Below are positions 10,071 to 24,075 of a DNA stretch of 64,000 nt, one piece after another. Position 1 is the stretch's first letter. Every line of letters begins with the position of its first letter. The position numbers and the translations under genes were made by a program. The notes beneath the pieces were generated by a model. The model was not told where the DNA came from. It saw nothing but the letters and a program-made list of their open reading frames with translations, and did not search any database. The stretch lies in the NCBI GenBank assembly GCA_001662655.1, contig KV460206.1, one strand, 5' to 3'. The DNA comes from Pseudogymnoascus verrucosus. Lineage: Eukaryota.

Positions 10071-12418
10071 CTAACTACCCGCAGCAGTATTACCGCCCAA
10101 CAAACTTTGGTCCCCAAGAGCTGGGTAAAAGAATGCTGCCACGGCGATGATAACATATGCGGCACACAACAGCGCACCCTCAAGGTAATTACTGCGGCCG
10201 TCCAAGACGAGGAAGTTGACTATGAAGGCCGACACGAAGAGACATACCGTCTCGAAGAGGGTGAAGTACAGTGACATGGGTTTATCCATCATCCAGCCGA
10301 GGAGAACGATGAAAGGGGTCACAAAGAGTGCTGTTAAAAATGTTAGCCAGTGTTCTACTTCCCAGAAATAAGGCGGAAGGGGGGAGACATACCAATTTGA
10401 ATACTACTTCCAACAGCAACACCAATAGCGAGATCAACCTTATTCTTCGTCGCCACCGTAACAGCCGTCACGTGCTCCGCCGCATTACCAACAATAGGCA
10501 AGATGATCAATCCCACAAACGTCTCGCCGAGGGCAGTATGCGTAGTAACATCATTGATACTAGCAACCATGAACTCGGCGCACACGGCAACCAAACCAGT
10601 AGAGACGAGCAGGAGAATAACAGCCGTGGTGCGGGAAATGTCATCTTCGTCCTCCTCCACCTTCTCGGTATGGGGGTGGATAGGAATCGACGACGACGCG
10701 TGGATGAGCTGGTTAGGGGTGACCGCTGCCGCCTCGACGCCGGCAGGGGTGTCTAGACGTAATGGCAGAGAGTTCGTGCGGCGGATACCGTAGCGGATAC
10801 GTGGGACCGGGCCTGGTGTGGCTACGGGGTGAGGCGAGGCCGAGGGCGGTGGCTGGGTGAAGACGCTCTGCGAGAGGGTCTTTGGCAAGGCGGGGCGGAT
10901 GCTCTTCAGGAACGGGCGTTTGGGGATGGGTTCTTGGATCTCCGTGTCTGCGACGGCGAAGTCGACGCGGCGGGGTTCGTAGTCACCCATGGGCTCTTTG
11001 GTCTCTTCCATCTCAGCCTGCTCGCGCAGGGCCTTCTTTGCCCTCTTCCGCTCCTTTTTCTCGGCGTGCTTTTGGCGCTTGCGCTCCTTTCGTTCCTTAC
11101 GCCACGACCTTTCCTGCTTCTCATTGATGCTGTTGTGGCGACTTCTGCTGTTTGCACGTAGGGGCGTCGAGTTATCCTCGATGTCTGCGTCGGCAGCACC
11201 CGTGGGCAGCGTGGATGGCCCGCCGGTTTCCTCGTAAAAGGTATTCCGGGATAGGTTGGCGCGATCAAATGTGTTGGCGGTGCTCACGCTCGACTTGCGG
11301 CGTCTGCGGCCTCCACGTTTGATAGCGCGCTTGATCTTAGCGGCTGTGCCGTTCGAGTCATCAGAGTCATCAGAGCTAGAGCTGGAGGAGGAGTCATCGG
11401 TTGAAGACTCCATCCAGAGCGCCACTGGCCCAGGTGCAGACTCTTCATCGATAATGTGCTGTGGCGTACTCTGATACAAGTACGCGTGCGAGTTGAGCTG
11501 AAAGACAAGGTAAAGTCCATATACGAGCAGCAGAATGACACTCGTGCCTCTGCTGACCTTGACAACTGCCTTATCCGCCTTCGCCTGATTTTGGTCGTTG
11601 AAGGCAGCGTGGAAAGCAGTAGGCAGCAGAAGACTCATAACACTCAGACTGAGCAGACAAGCGCTCATCTGCGTAACCGTGCTGTTGTAAATCTGCTCCC
11701 GGAATCTCAGTCCACCAATAAAAAAGGCAAGGCCAAGAATCAGTAGCAGATTAGCCAGGATTGACCCAAGAAGGGACGCCTGTACAATGCGGATCTCGTT
11801 TTTGGCCAGAGCGATGATGAAAATAATCAGCTCGACCGAGTTTCCAAATGTGACGTTCATCAGCGCTCCGACGGTGTCACCCATGCGCTTCGCGACGCTC
11901 TCCGTCGCGTAACTCAACAGTCCAGCCAGCGGCACAATAGCGATGGCGTTCATCACGAAGATGATGATCGGACTAGCGTGGGCAGCCTCGACGGCAATAC
12001 CCACGGGCACGAACACGAGGATGACATTAAGCCAGCTCGAGCAGACGATTTTTTTGGTGGTGAGCGCAAAGCGCACGGCAATATTCTTTTTCTTCTTTTC
12101 CTCGGTGCCGCTCACGACAGACCCCGTCCCCTCAGCCTCCGTATCGGGCTGTGGCGTTGTGCCGGAGAGGGATGCGATGTTGATGGCGTGGCCATTTCCA
12201 TTTTCGTGGGTTGCGCCATTGCCGTTGCTGTCTGCGAAGGTGATGTTCTTCTCGCCGCCGTTGAAGTCATGGTGACTATGGGTCGTGGAGGTGGTAAGTG
12301 AGGTAGTGGGAGGGAGGGTCGTGGGCAGCTCTGTGCCCTCGTTTTCGTCAGGTTTAGGGTGTAGCCATGAGCGTAGACGGTCCGTGACTGGTGCTTGGGT
12401 AGGCGGGGGCTCCTTCAT
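10071..12418 (-). CDS. Vacuolar Ca2+/H+ exchanger (CAX/Vcx1 family) with a long cytosolic loop
   Basis: Alpha-1 repeat TFGNSVELI, LLGSILANLLL, alpha-2 repeat PIVGNAAEH, AVGSSIQIAL, DGRSNYLEG. ATG 12418; intron 10392-10331. Confidence 0.94.
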
Positions 12419-13467
12419 CGATTCGGGGTGTGTTGAGGGTGATAAATTCACAGATAAAAAGGAGTGTATTTGTGATATTTGGTAGATAGAGAAGAAAGAG
12501 AGACAGTTAGGAGAGAAGAAGAGAAGAAGAAAAGGAGGAATTGATGCGAAGAAAGAAGTTAAGACAGGAAAGTTAGTTCAGTTCGTTGCGAACAAGACCA
12601 AGACAGGAAACAAGCAAGGATACACAAAATAGGGCTTAGCGTGATTCCAAGAAAGTACAAGCCTATTCCAAGCGCATGACAAGCGCATGACAAGCGCAAG
12701 GTACGTACTGATAAGAGGCGTAACTGGTGGCTGTCATATCTCCAATTTCCCCTGGAAGGAGGCGATGACGTCACTTTTTCATCAGCCAAGCCCAGCACCG
12801 CCACATGTGCTCAGCCACAGAATGACTCTACGCGAGATTACGTGGTCATGTGATGTGGTGTTCATGTTTACATTGTTAGCACAATCATATTTATGCACAC
12901 GTATGAAGTAAGCACTACACATTACTGAGATGAGAGATGAGAATTGAAAAGATGACGACTCCATTACAGACACACACCGATCGTCGCCAACACTTGCAAT
13001 ATACTATATAAGGCAGTAGTAGTGTGGGGTATTAAAAGCCAATTAAACAGTACATCCTTCTTGCTCCATCTACTCCCACGTCTTCGCTCTCCTCCACGCT
13101 GACACCACCAACACTATCTATCTCCCCTCCCTCCTCTCCTCCTCCTGCCACAACTTCGAAAAAAAACCCAATATCAAAACATGCATTCCGCCCCTCCCCA
13201 ATGCATCGCGTCCCATGCCCAGGCACCCGCCTATTATAATCGCACAATGAATCATCGCGCCCAACAACAGCCCCCCCACCCCGTCCCTCGCACGCAAAAA
13301 TAGAAGCGATCCCCAAATGGCGAAATAAGAGCAAAGCACAAAAAATAGGACTCCTTCACGCCCCGCCTGCCAAGAAATATATCAAAACTTTGTCTTCTCC
13401 TCGCTCGCTTGCTCTCTCTCTCTCGTTCTTTTCCTCTGAAATTCTTGTCGCTGACTCGCTGATTCGC

Positions 13468-16400
13468 TCACATCTCACCTTCTCTCGCCCGTCCTCTCCG
13501 TCTAAAAAAGTCCATCACCTTTCTGGCCGCGCCGCTGCTGCCAGATGTGTGGTTATTACCTCCGTACCCTCCCTGGTCCTGTCCACCATCGGCCTCGTAC
13601 GCTTCCGTAAACTTGCGGTTGTTCTTTTGCAGGACGCCTCTTCCACCCTTGCCGGCCTGTCGGTCAGAATCGTAATCGTTATACCCTTGGTTCTGGTTAT
13701 ATCTTGCGTTCTGCGCCGCCTGGCGTGTCTGGCTCTTGGCCAGGTTTGGATAGCTCGAGTGCGCTGGTTCCGTGGGTGGCGGGGTATCTATGGTCTTCGG
13801 GCGGTATGTTGGGCGAGGCCCGAAGTCAGATTGCCCGTCGTATGCTGTGGATGGAGGAGGCTGCTGCGTTGCTGATGCGTAACGTTGGTGTATTGGGGTC
13901 GCAATCGGTGGCGCCTTTGCAGCCTGTTGAGACCCATCGCGGCTTCGGGTGTATGTAGGAGCAACTGGGTTGGTCTGAGGTCTGCTTTGGGGCTTCTCAA
14001 CCGGCGGTGTTGGTTCGCCATACGCAGCGGAACGATCGACTCCATCATCGTAATAGCGACCATCTTCAGATGGGGTTGCAGAGTCGGAGTCCTTCCCAAT
14101 ACCAATAGATTTCAACGAAAAGTTTGCTGGAAGGAGCGAGAATCGTCTCGTTGATTTCTTCTGGTCAGAATCACCGCCCGTGGATCCAGTAACACTGCCA
14201 CTCCTCTTCTTGCCAAACCCGAAGGAAATAGAACGGCGGCTGGAATCAACCGACTGCCTGCTGACCTCGCCACCAGCCGCAGCTGGGCCAGGGTAGCTCA
14301 CTGGCGGATAGGACTTCTTCGGCTTCTCGGCGTTTGTCTTGCCACCAAATATCGAGCCATGGCGTCCGAATATGCTACCAATAGTGCTCGAGCGCTTGTG
14401 CGAGCGAGTTGGAGGAGCGTCTGCAGCTGAATCTTCCATGCCAGAAAGTCTAGCGAACTTCGGTGGAATTCCTTGGCTGATGCTTGGACGTCCGTAGTCG
14501 GATTCACCTTCAGGGGAGACATCGTATCGCTGCCCATTGCTCGTAGTGGGTTGAGACATGCGGCCGTGGGCGTTGGTGGTGGCAACGGTTGGAGCAGCTG
14601 TCTGGCTATAATGTGTCGTATTAATTCCGCTTTGAGTGGACGTCATAGAACCACCAGTGTTAGGCCTTGCAATACCCTGCCCAAGCAAAGGTGCCATGAA
14701 TGCATTCTCGGAGGTGGAACGCGCTGGTTCTCTGCCAGGCCTGGATGGAGCGGCCATGGGTTGGCTGCGATGCGAGCTGGGGGGCTTCTTGGAGTCCCGT
14801 GCGGATCCGGGTGCCAGGGGTAATGGCTTCTCTGAAGACGCGACCCGTCTCTTTTCTTGTCCTCCTTCGACATGGCCCTGACCATCACCACCAGCACGCG
14901 TTCTGGATACTGGTTGAGGAGCGGATGAGATATCTTCTCCTCTGACGGTTTGCTGTCGAGGTGCCACGTATTCGACCTGCAATGTACGGCGTTTGGCATC
15001 CTTGTTGGCTTTGGGGGTAGTGTGGTCTTCGGCGTCCTGGTCGACGTTCCCATGCTTTCGAGCAAGATCTCCAACAGCCGGTGCAGGTTTCTGCGACTTC
15101 GTTGGCTCTCTGACCGACGCACTGCGGGCAAGTAATGGTCCGCCGTCCGAACGTTCTTCCTTGACGGTTGTATTGGCAATGTCTGCTGGCGAGGTGGTGT
15201 TGCTGGTAATGAAGCCCACAACATGAGCATATTCACTCAACCAGCTATGTCTCGCAACCTCGAAGAGGTCGGCGCGCTTTCTTGGATCTGGGACAAGAAT
15301 TCGTCGGAGAAGGTCTCTGGCATGCGGGGTGACATATTCGGGGAATGTCAGAGGCGTGGACACGATATACTTGTAGAGGAGATTGATATTGTCGCCTTCG
15401 GGGTTCGCTGGGTCGTCATCGAAGGGAAGGTACCCTGCAAGCATAGCATACTGAAGAAATTGTTAGTTATATATTTTGACGCAATCGGGGGCTAGTCCAT
15501 ACCAAGATAACTCCGCAACTCCAGACATCAACCTTGCGGCCAGTGTACAAGGAGTCGCTAACGACCAGCTCGGGAGCAGCATAACACGGACTTCCACAGC
15601 TGGTCTGCATCAGATCGCCTCGTCGGAAGCCACCAGGCAGGATCCTGTCAAGCTCCATGCGCCTCACATAATCCCGGCTCGATAGGCCATATTCAACTTC
15701 TTCCCCGAGCTCATCCACGGGATTGAAGGTATTGGCGAAGCCAAAATCAGTGATGATGATGTTGCGGTTGCGGTCCAGTAGTAAGTTCTCCAGCTTCAGA
15801 TCACGGTGGACGATTCCCTTCTTGTGAAGGTAGCCAACCCCCGAGACCAACTGAGCAAACAGTCTCCGTGCCGCGTTGTCCTTCAGGTATCTGTGGTTCA
15901 GGATGTAGTCGAAAAGCTCTCCGCCGGACGCGTATTCTAGAATGATGCCAATGTGTTTCTCGGTTTCCACCATCTCATGAAGGCGCACAATGTTGGGATG
16001 AGAAATCTCACGTAGAATCGCAATCTCGCGGTAGATTTTGGCAAGTCGCGTAGGATTCGTTCCAACGCTGTCTCTCCGGATTAGTTTAATAGCAACCTGA
16101 GGTATGTTAGTTTACAATCTCCTCGAAGCATGATTCAAAGCCTACCTGTACACCGCCTTCTTGCTTCCAGCCCATCTTGACCTTGCCGAACTCGCCCTCA
16201 CCCAGCGTGTTTCCGAGGAAGTATTCACCGAACTTAGTCGTCTTCTCTCGTTTCGTGCTATGGTCCTGTCTTCTACGCTCTCCCGCACGGCCGTCATCGT
16301 TTCCATCGTTGTCAACAGCGTTGGGGGCCGCGACAGGAGAAGAAGCCTCTCCAGTATAAGCCCGCGGTACAGCCTCAGCCATGCGTTCGCGTTCCCTATC

Positions 16401-17213
16401 CAGATCCACCTCAGGTTGGCTTATGACCAAACGGCTCAAGACATCATTAGTCTCTCTTATCGGGCCATTCGCGTCATTCGCCGAATTGCCCATGTCTTGT
16501 TGCCGACTCTGCGGTTGGGGTTGTTGGGAGCTACGGCTTTCACGCGTGGTGTTCGACCTGTGCGGTGAATCTTCCCCTGGCTGCTGTGTGCGCCTACGCG
16601 ATCTAGATGGTGAATCTGTTGCAAGCGCGCTGTCATCGGCAGCCTTGGATCGGTGTCCGTTAGTTTGCCGGGACTCCCGCTGGTCAGGGTGAGCACCGTC
16701 GCCAGCAGCAGCTACTCTTGCCGCGTGAATTGCCCGATCGTCAGCTTGTTGTGCATTCCGTTTCGGCCGGTCCGTCGAGGTGGTGGCTGCTGCGGCAGCT
16801 GCGGCGAGAGCAGGACCCGAGGATCTCTGGTTTGACGAGGTTCTCGGCGGCGCGACCGGCGGCATGCCACGTTGGTACTCTGCGGCCGTCACGTTTGAGC
16901 GAGAATTCGCGGATTCGGAAACTACGGGCGATTGGTGTTGTTGGCCCGTCATCGGAAACGCGGATGTTGTCGGGGAATAGTATTGTTGTGGTTGTTGCTG
17001 GGTTACAGGAGATGCGCCATTTCCGCTTGGCCGCTTCGATGGCCGCCGCGTTGTCGACGCTGGCGACGCGTTTCCGGTCTGTTGATTGTACGCCTGGTCT
17101 CTCGGCTGGGGCGCCTGTGATGAATACTGTCGCGTCGATGGCGATGGTGCCTGCGGGAGCGAGGTTATCGTGGTTGATTGATGTGGAGCTTGCAGCGACA
17201 CAGCGGACGACAT
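13468..17213 (-). CDS. Ser/Thr protein kinase, Kin4/Frk1-like
   Basis: LGEGEFGKVK, VAIK, HRDLKLEN, DFG, TSCGSPCYAAPE, YLPFDDDPANPEGDNI. Long low-complexity N- and C-terminal extensions; two introns near 16.1 kb and 15.5 kb. Confidence 0.92.
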
Positions 17214-17864
17214 GATCCTGCTCAACGCGATAGATTGAGTTTGTAGTTGGGTCGGTGGCCGTTGGATATCTCGTCAGATCGGAGTTCTTTCTCTCGTCGG
17301 AGTCAAATAGTTAGATCTGACGGTGTGTCCAATTGCTTGTGATCAGCGATTGTGTCGCCTCTGTCACCAATGAGGACCTCCAGCTACCATGATGTTGCAG
17401 CCCAAACAGTGAAACCAATGCAAGCAGATCACCCCCTTAGCAGCTGTACAGTATCCGCGACTTTTCGTGATTTTGGGCGTGTTCAGGGTTGTTTACACAG
17501 GGCGATTAAGACTTTTTGGATAGAGTGAGAGATGAGGTATATTGGAAGACCTTGGATGAATTAGGAAGACAGAACGAGAGTGAATGAAGTCAGAGACGGG
17601 GGAGGCGTTGAAGATGTTAAAATTAAGCCTGCGCTCGAGGGTATGATCGGCCTGGCGTTGATGGCTGGCTGCTGGGGGGGGGTGGGAGGGAGTTGGGTGG
17701 GGAAGAGCGACTGGAGTTTGTTTCGCGGTCGGCCGCTGTAATTTCCCTTTTTCGCGACTTAAGCGACGAATTGTGAGGGAGAAGAGGGAGGAGTGGAGTT
17801 TAGGTGTGGTAGCGTTTGGTGCGTAAAGGGGGACAACGGGACACCGGACACAGAGCTAAGAACA

Positions 17865-17980
17865 GCTAACAAAGTGACTAACACAGCAACTAACACACCA
17901 CTAACACACTAACTCACACACTAACTCACACAAAACTAGCACACTAACACGCTAACACACAGCTAACACACAACTAACAC
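17865..17980 (+). repeat. Array of ten RCTAAC units with A/C-rich spacers
   Basis: CTAAC at 17866, 17878, 17890, 17901, 17909, 17921, 17944, 17952, 17963, 17975, each preceded by A or G, plus one CTAGC. Confidence 0.85.
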
Positions 17981-20139
17981 AAAATGGACAGCGAACAACC
18001 TTGCTGGCGTTAATCCAGGTACAGTTACGGGGTACGAGTTAACTGTTTCAAGCACGGATAAATGATATCGCGGCTTAGAGCAATCTGTCAGATATGAAGA
18101 GGAAGGGAAGGGGTCAAAAAAAAGGATGAAAGGATGAATGAAAGCAGATGCAATGAAGAGGATAAAGAAAGGGGCATCTGGGGATCTAGGGATTTGGGGA
18201 TCTAGGGGATAGTTTTCATTAGAATATACTATAAGGAAATAAGTGTGGTAAGGGTTTACTGTTGTGGTGTGTTATTAACCTCATTCTCTTCCACTAGATT
18301 ACTATACTAAGTATATGCAAGCACATTTCCTTCTTCACTCTTGGCCTCAACGAAGTCACAATTCTCTGCGCTTCTCTGGCGCATTACACGAACTAGCCAA
18401 CTATACCCTCTAGTTCCACAGTGCATACAAATATGATATCAACACAAATATGATATAATATCACGGCTTCCTCTGCCGGCACTACGGAGAACTACAGTGG
18501 CCGCCAATACAATACTCCATCCACTCTACTGCACGCACTCACCACCCGCACCCAATACCTTCATCCAATATTCACGAATATCTCACTATAAACGCCCTGC
18601 CTAATGCCCTGACGCACCATCCCGAAGAGTCTCAATACACTCATTCATTCATGACTCGAACCTCCCTCCCCCCACTCCCTTGCTCCTATGCCTGTGCTTC
18701 CCTGTACCCGTGGAACCACCTCTCCCTGCGCTCTCGTGCTCAATAACACAACGTGCGGCCCCATCTCACGGGAAGCAAGACTCTCTCTCTACCGTCACGA
18801 ACTACCAGGCTGCCGCGTTTTCCACCCCGATGATCGCAGTTGATCCTGCTCCGTAGCCGTACTCGGCAGTACTCCCTGGCCCCAGTTGTTTGTGTTGCTC
18901 ATCTCGACGAATCGCCACTGCGCGCCCCACTGCTGGAGAGATTTGTTTCATGCGAAGCTTCCCTCGGCCTTATCCGTGCCACACCACTCAGGAACGAAAA
19001 GGCGCGCGCTCGGTGAATTGGCCGGTAAGAAGAAAGTATGAGCTCATTCTCACATTCGCCGGTAGCAGAAGGAAAAGAGCACAGTACTGTACTGGAAGAG
19101 TGGCGCAAGGCTGGCGCTGGAGGGAATCCCATCTCATCGCATCTCCCCGTCAACAAATCCTGAAACTTGCGCGAAGGGAACGCCATTTTCCCTTTTGGCC
19201 CATGGCCCTACGCCTTGCGCGCTGGAATCGGTATGGTATGTACCTTACCTAGATCCCCCGGATCTCAATTGACAAACGCACTTCTTCATCTGATGATAAA
19301 ACCGTCCCAAAAGAAAAGCTTCCCCCTAGAAATTTCAAAAACTCGCGACAAGGTCCATGCTCCAGCGCTTCGCAAACCATGCCCTTCGGCGTGTGCGACG
19401 GCGTATGACACACGTAAGAGCGACCTCCTTCCCCCTTTAAAAAAAGTAATATCTTCTCCAACTACATCGTCAGTCTCTCCTACCTGCATTGATATGGGAG
19501 ATGACGGCCGTGGTTGTTCATGCAAGTGTTCAAAGAGTGCAATTAGAGGGTATCCTGGGCATATTACTGTCATCTAGCGGAGCCAACCACGCGTGGTGGT
19601 CGCTAGCCAAAAATAGAAAATGCGATGCATTGACCCCTGCATGCACAACCACACGGAGTTTGTACTCTGCACGCAGAATAGATATGCATGGTGGTTGGCA
19701 GGGGGTGGCCTGTCTTACTTGGGTGTGATTCTGGAGTGTGTGCATGTGAAGTGCAGGATGATATCTGGCCAGTATATGCTATTATACCCCTCTATGTCTT
19801 GTCGATTGGTGTTATTTGTTTGCTCCCCTGAAGACTGCGTTTCTCGAGTCATGGCCATGCTCTTGTGGCGTTGTCCCGGGTCCGCGGAATGAGGGAGCTG
19901 AGGTGAGGTTTATATTTGAAAACGTGTTCATAGAGTGGTTCAATTCAGCCGTTGTGAGTATGGTGATCTTACCGGTGCAAGCTACATCTTCCCGAATAAT
20001 TATGATACCGATTCATCCGGGTTTTAGAAGCTGTGTGACGTGTGTCCAACTTGTTCCACCTCAGCTCTTTCTAATATATTATCATTAAGCTTACAACAAT
20101 ATTGCAACAACTAATACTTTTGGAGATAAATAACCACTG

Positions 20140-21659
20140 TTACAACTTGATACTGATATCATACACATCCAACAACACGGCTAATCCAGTGATCACACCC
20201 CCATAAGCCAGCAAAATGCCCACAGCCACGGCATCTTCAACAAAAAGAGTCGGAACCGTGAGATTAACCAGCCCGGTAAGCAAGTTCGCGACAAGGAACA
20301 GCGCCAGCCCGTTCCGGTTATATGCGGTCATTATCCTGCTCGTCGCATGGCTGTAGTTGCGCTCCTCAGTCTTCTTGTCCGTGGCCTTGTAGACTTCCGG
20401 GAAGTAGAACGTCTCAATGGCGCAGAATGCTGTGGTTTGGATGCAGTTGAACGCTGCTACGAACAGAAGATAGGGTAGGTTTGCAAGTCGACGAGACACG
20501 GTGAGTCCTAGCCCGTAATAGTGAGTCGTAGCCACGTATAAGAGACTCCAGACGACGGATGTGGTCACCAGCGTAATAAGGAGCTTCTTCCGCTGAGCGA
20601 CGCTTCCAGTGGGTTCCTTTGGTGAGATATTTCTTGGAATAACAGCCATCCCAATGCCCTGTCCAGCCAGGAATATCGACAGATACCCAATAAAGCTGAA
20701 TATTCCCTCTCGGTTCTTTGAGAAGAGATCTGTTCGAGGGGCTGTCAAAACAAACGCCTTAAGGTCGGTATTGTCCAGAACAATCTCATAGACAGCAGCA
20801 AGCAGAAAAGCCAGCACCTCAAATGACGGGATCAGCTGGAATGCCCATTGAAAGATCGCGACAAACGGTGGCAGAAAGCCAAGAGTGAAGAAGAAATTCC
20901 AGTGGACCCCGTACTCCGTGACATGCTCGGCATAGTCAAGTCCCTTGACCGACCAGAGACGAATCAGTCCAAGCACAAAGAGCGGCAACGCGTGTCGTAA
21001 TGATGAGTATAACCGCGACCCCAGCGTAGTATATTTCCCACTAATCTTCTCCTTGAGAACAGGCCTTGCAGCGACGACACCTGCTGAGAACACGAACGAA
21101 CCAACACCGAGGTCCATCAGCGATGTGCCCCAGTTCTCGACCTTTGCGAATCGTCTAGGAAATATCGGGAAGTCCACAGCGAGAATGGCCAGACATGTTA
21201 TGATCATCATGCATCCTCTGTATATGGTGAGGAATGGCTTGCGGGGCAGAGGGTCAAGAGATGTCTCTGACGCGGTGACCTTCTTCGCCTGGGGGGGCTT
21301 GGCCTTCTTCTTCGTAGGTATGGTGTAGAAATATGACAGTATTATCGCTGGGCTCAAGAGAAGGATGTCGAGTAATAGAGGGTTGGGAGAGTATAGCGTG
21401 GTCGCGAGGAGGACAGCTCCGACATTGAGGAAGAAGTCGACGGCAAAGGGGATGGCTGTGTATTTCGCAAAGAACTGATGCCTTGCTTGAAGAGCAGACC
21501 AGGCGATGATAGATATCTGATATTCAATCAGCTAGGTCATCAATAGCGGGGTTGGGGGCATACAGGAACAACGGCTGTTACTGCGATAATATCGCCGATT
21601 GACCCGCCTGTGAGGTTCGACACGAAGTCTTCTTTCTGGGTTTTGTAGTCTTTCGCCAT
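20140..21659 (-). CDS. GWT1: GPI inositol acyltransferase Gwt1/PIG-W
   Basis: [20 protein letters not shown] start, intron 21563-21517, [60 protein letters not shown]. Confidence 0.96.
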
Positions 21660-22665
21660 GATGAGAGGAGCAGCGCAACTAGAGGGGTATCAACGCAAAA
21701 CAAATATTAAATAGAAAATCACACACTCATGTCTCAGAAAGGAACTCTGGTTGTGGAGGATGGAGGGGGAGCTTGAATGTTGCTGTCCTTTTCGGAAGCT
21801 GGGGTAAATGCGCGCCGTCAAATCAGTAGCCTCGTTGGACAAGGCTGGGTGAGATGAGTGGTATTGATGACTAAGCAAATTCACGTTAAGGCAACGGAAG
21901 GAGAAGGCGAAGTGAGAATTTAGCAAGAGTATCACTTTCTTCGAATGTGATAATTATAAAAAAATATAGATTTAAGGATTGTTGAGTATATTCAGTTGGG
22001 ACTCTCTATCTGAAATCTGAAATCTGAAATGCCTTGAGCTGCCAACTCTGATTATTTTATTTTTGTTTTATTTATTCATCATTTTGAAGTATCTATTCAA
22101 ACACCCTTTGATGTTGTGCATGTAAATCCACGGCCTTTGCCAATAGAACGCTGAATATGTAACTCGGCTTCCGGAGGTTCATATGCACTGGCTATCTCGT
22201 ATTGACCCTGATTCGTCTGGACTGCCGTTTCTGTTCTGTTTGGTACTTAATTATATGCCGCCCTGGGAGAGGTGCAGAGGCCAAACAGCCCGTCGTGGCT
22301 GATTTCCCTCAAAGAGAACTATCTTCAAAGAAGACCAGAGCAAGTAAGCGATGACCATGAAGGTTTCAATCATCGTCATCCTCACACGTGGGAATGGTAA
22401 CGTAGCTCTTCGGCGCCGCCGTGCCTTGAATTATTTCTTTGTTCTCGAGTGTGGTTCCTTGCATTTCTCTCCGCATGTGACTGGGTGACGTCTTGAGCCC
22501 TTTGTTCTTCATAAAGAAGTAAGCTACCAATGGAAGTCCGAGAGAAATTCCTTCTCCTTGTTTACATGTGTAGAAATAAGCTGCTCATTCTTTGGGCTCC
22601 GTCGCGAATTTCTACTGTGAACTTCTACGTCGTGCTCGCAAGTGACAAAACCTTCCACAGAAAGC

Positions 22666-24075
22666 ATGGCTTCAAACGAAACCAAATATGCACAGGCAGC
22701 AAAGCAGGTAGGTACAACGCGCCAGGTCGAATTCATGGAACCAAAAACATTGAAGAACCCCCGCCGTCAGCGCCCTTATAACCTTCGGCCATTATCAACA
22801 ACTCATATCAAGCCTGTACAACGTCCGCGCGGAAGCCCATACCCATTCCGCTCAAATTCTCCATACCGTGAGCCTCCAGAGACACCAACTTCAGCAACAA
22901 GCCTTGCTACACCATCTCTCGCCGGTGTCCGCAAATATTACCGCGAAAACGGCCTCCATACGGCCTTCCAGTCGCCTGTGTCGCCCTCCCCACCGCCTTT
23001 CACGCCAGGTCGCTCACGTAGGTACTCTGACCTCTCGTCCGCCGGTCTCGTTACCCGCTTCGACGGACTCCACGCCTCGTCTCCCCTCTCAACCAGCTCG
23101 TCACCCATAAAGTCGCGCCGCTCTTTTGCCGAAGAGTCCCGCGATATGCTCCTCGCCGGCACCAACAGCAGCGAGCTCTCACGTGCGAGTAGCGTTTCAG
23201 CGGACTCCCGCGAGCACCGTCCCAACCCCGATCTCCCTCCCAGACGGCTGGGCAAGCCTCCTCCGGGGCGGCTCCGAGAATACGGTCACGTCTACCTGGG
23301 CAATGCAGCTTCTGCCGACGTCTTCGTGCGGGCCATGCACAGCCGCGTGCCGAATCAGAACAAAGGACGCCGGGAGTCCCTCATGTCAAATACTGGAGAA
23401 GATGAGAACTATATCACTATCCCGCAGAGTGACAGTGACCACGTCGTAATCCGAGCTCGCGTCGTCCCTTATTCGAAGGAGCGAAAGCCGTTTCTCATTC
23501 AGCGTCGCTTCAGCAAAGCTGACATCGAGGCTTCGCGGCCGACTACGACAAAAGAGACGAAAGGAGAAGAAAAAGAAAAAGAGACTGCTGATGCAAAGGA
23601 GGATGAGAGGGCTGAAAATGATGGTGAGAAAAATGCAACCGCGCAGGTAGCCCCTGAAGAACCGGCGAGTACGCCTAGCCCCCAACCGGCACCTGCATCA
23701 AAGTCTTTGACGCCAGAGAAAGAGACACCAGAACCCAGAGCAGCTGGTCCAAGGAGAAGGGTAATGCCTATCCGTAAGTTCCACCTCGTGACACTCAGCC
23801 TTACCTACTTCTAGCACCCCACGCAACTACCTTGTACACAACACAGCTAACATGGCGCGGCAGATATGGACTACGCGCTCAAGTACCTCCCCATCCTCGG
23901 CGCCATCATGCTCTCGGGCTACATCCGCCGGGGTGACACCATTGACATGCCCCTCCCGCATCCCGAGGCCTGGAGCGACACTGTCGCGTACGTGTACACA
24001 GGGGCCGGAGCCGTCAGCGACGCCATCAAAGCCAACGTGGCACATTTGGCGGGGAGAGTCGAGAAGGGGTCTTGA
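22666..24075 (+). CDS. Hypothetical protein: Ser/Pro-rich N-terminus and small folded C-terminal domain
   Basis: Long ORF with coding-like codon use. GTAAGT intron 23774-23863 joins in frame to HMDYALKYLPILGAIMLSG...LPHPEAWSDTVAYVYTG. Start codon uncertain. Confidence 0.75.

Noticed and set aside
17865..17980. Interstitial telomere interpretation of the CTAAC array
   Set aside because: Units lack the CCC of the CCCTAA telomeric repeat.
19630..19710. Imperfect inverted repeat (cccctgc...caaccac / gtggttg-gcagggg)
   Set aside because: Two 7-bp arms interrupted by a bulge, no TSD or RNA-family features; compatible with chance.
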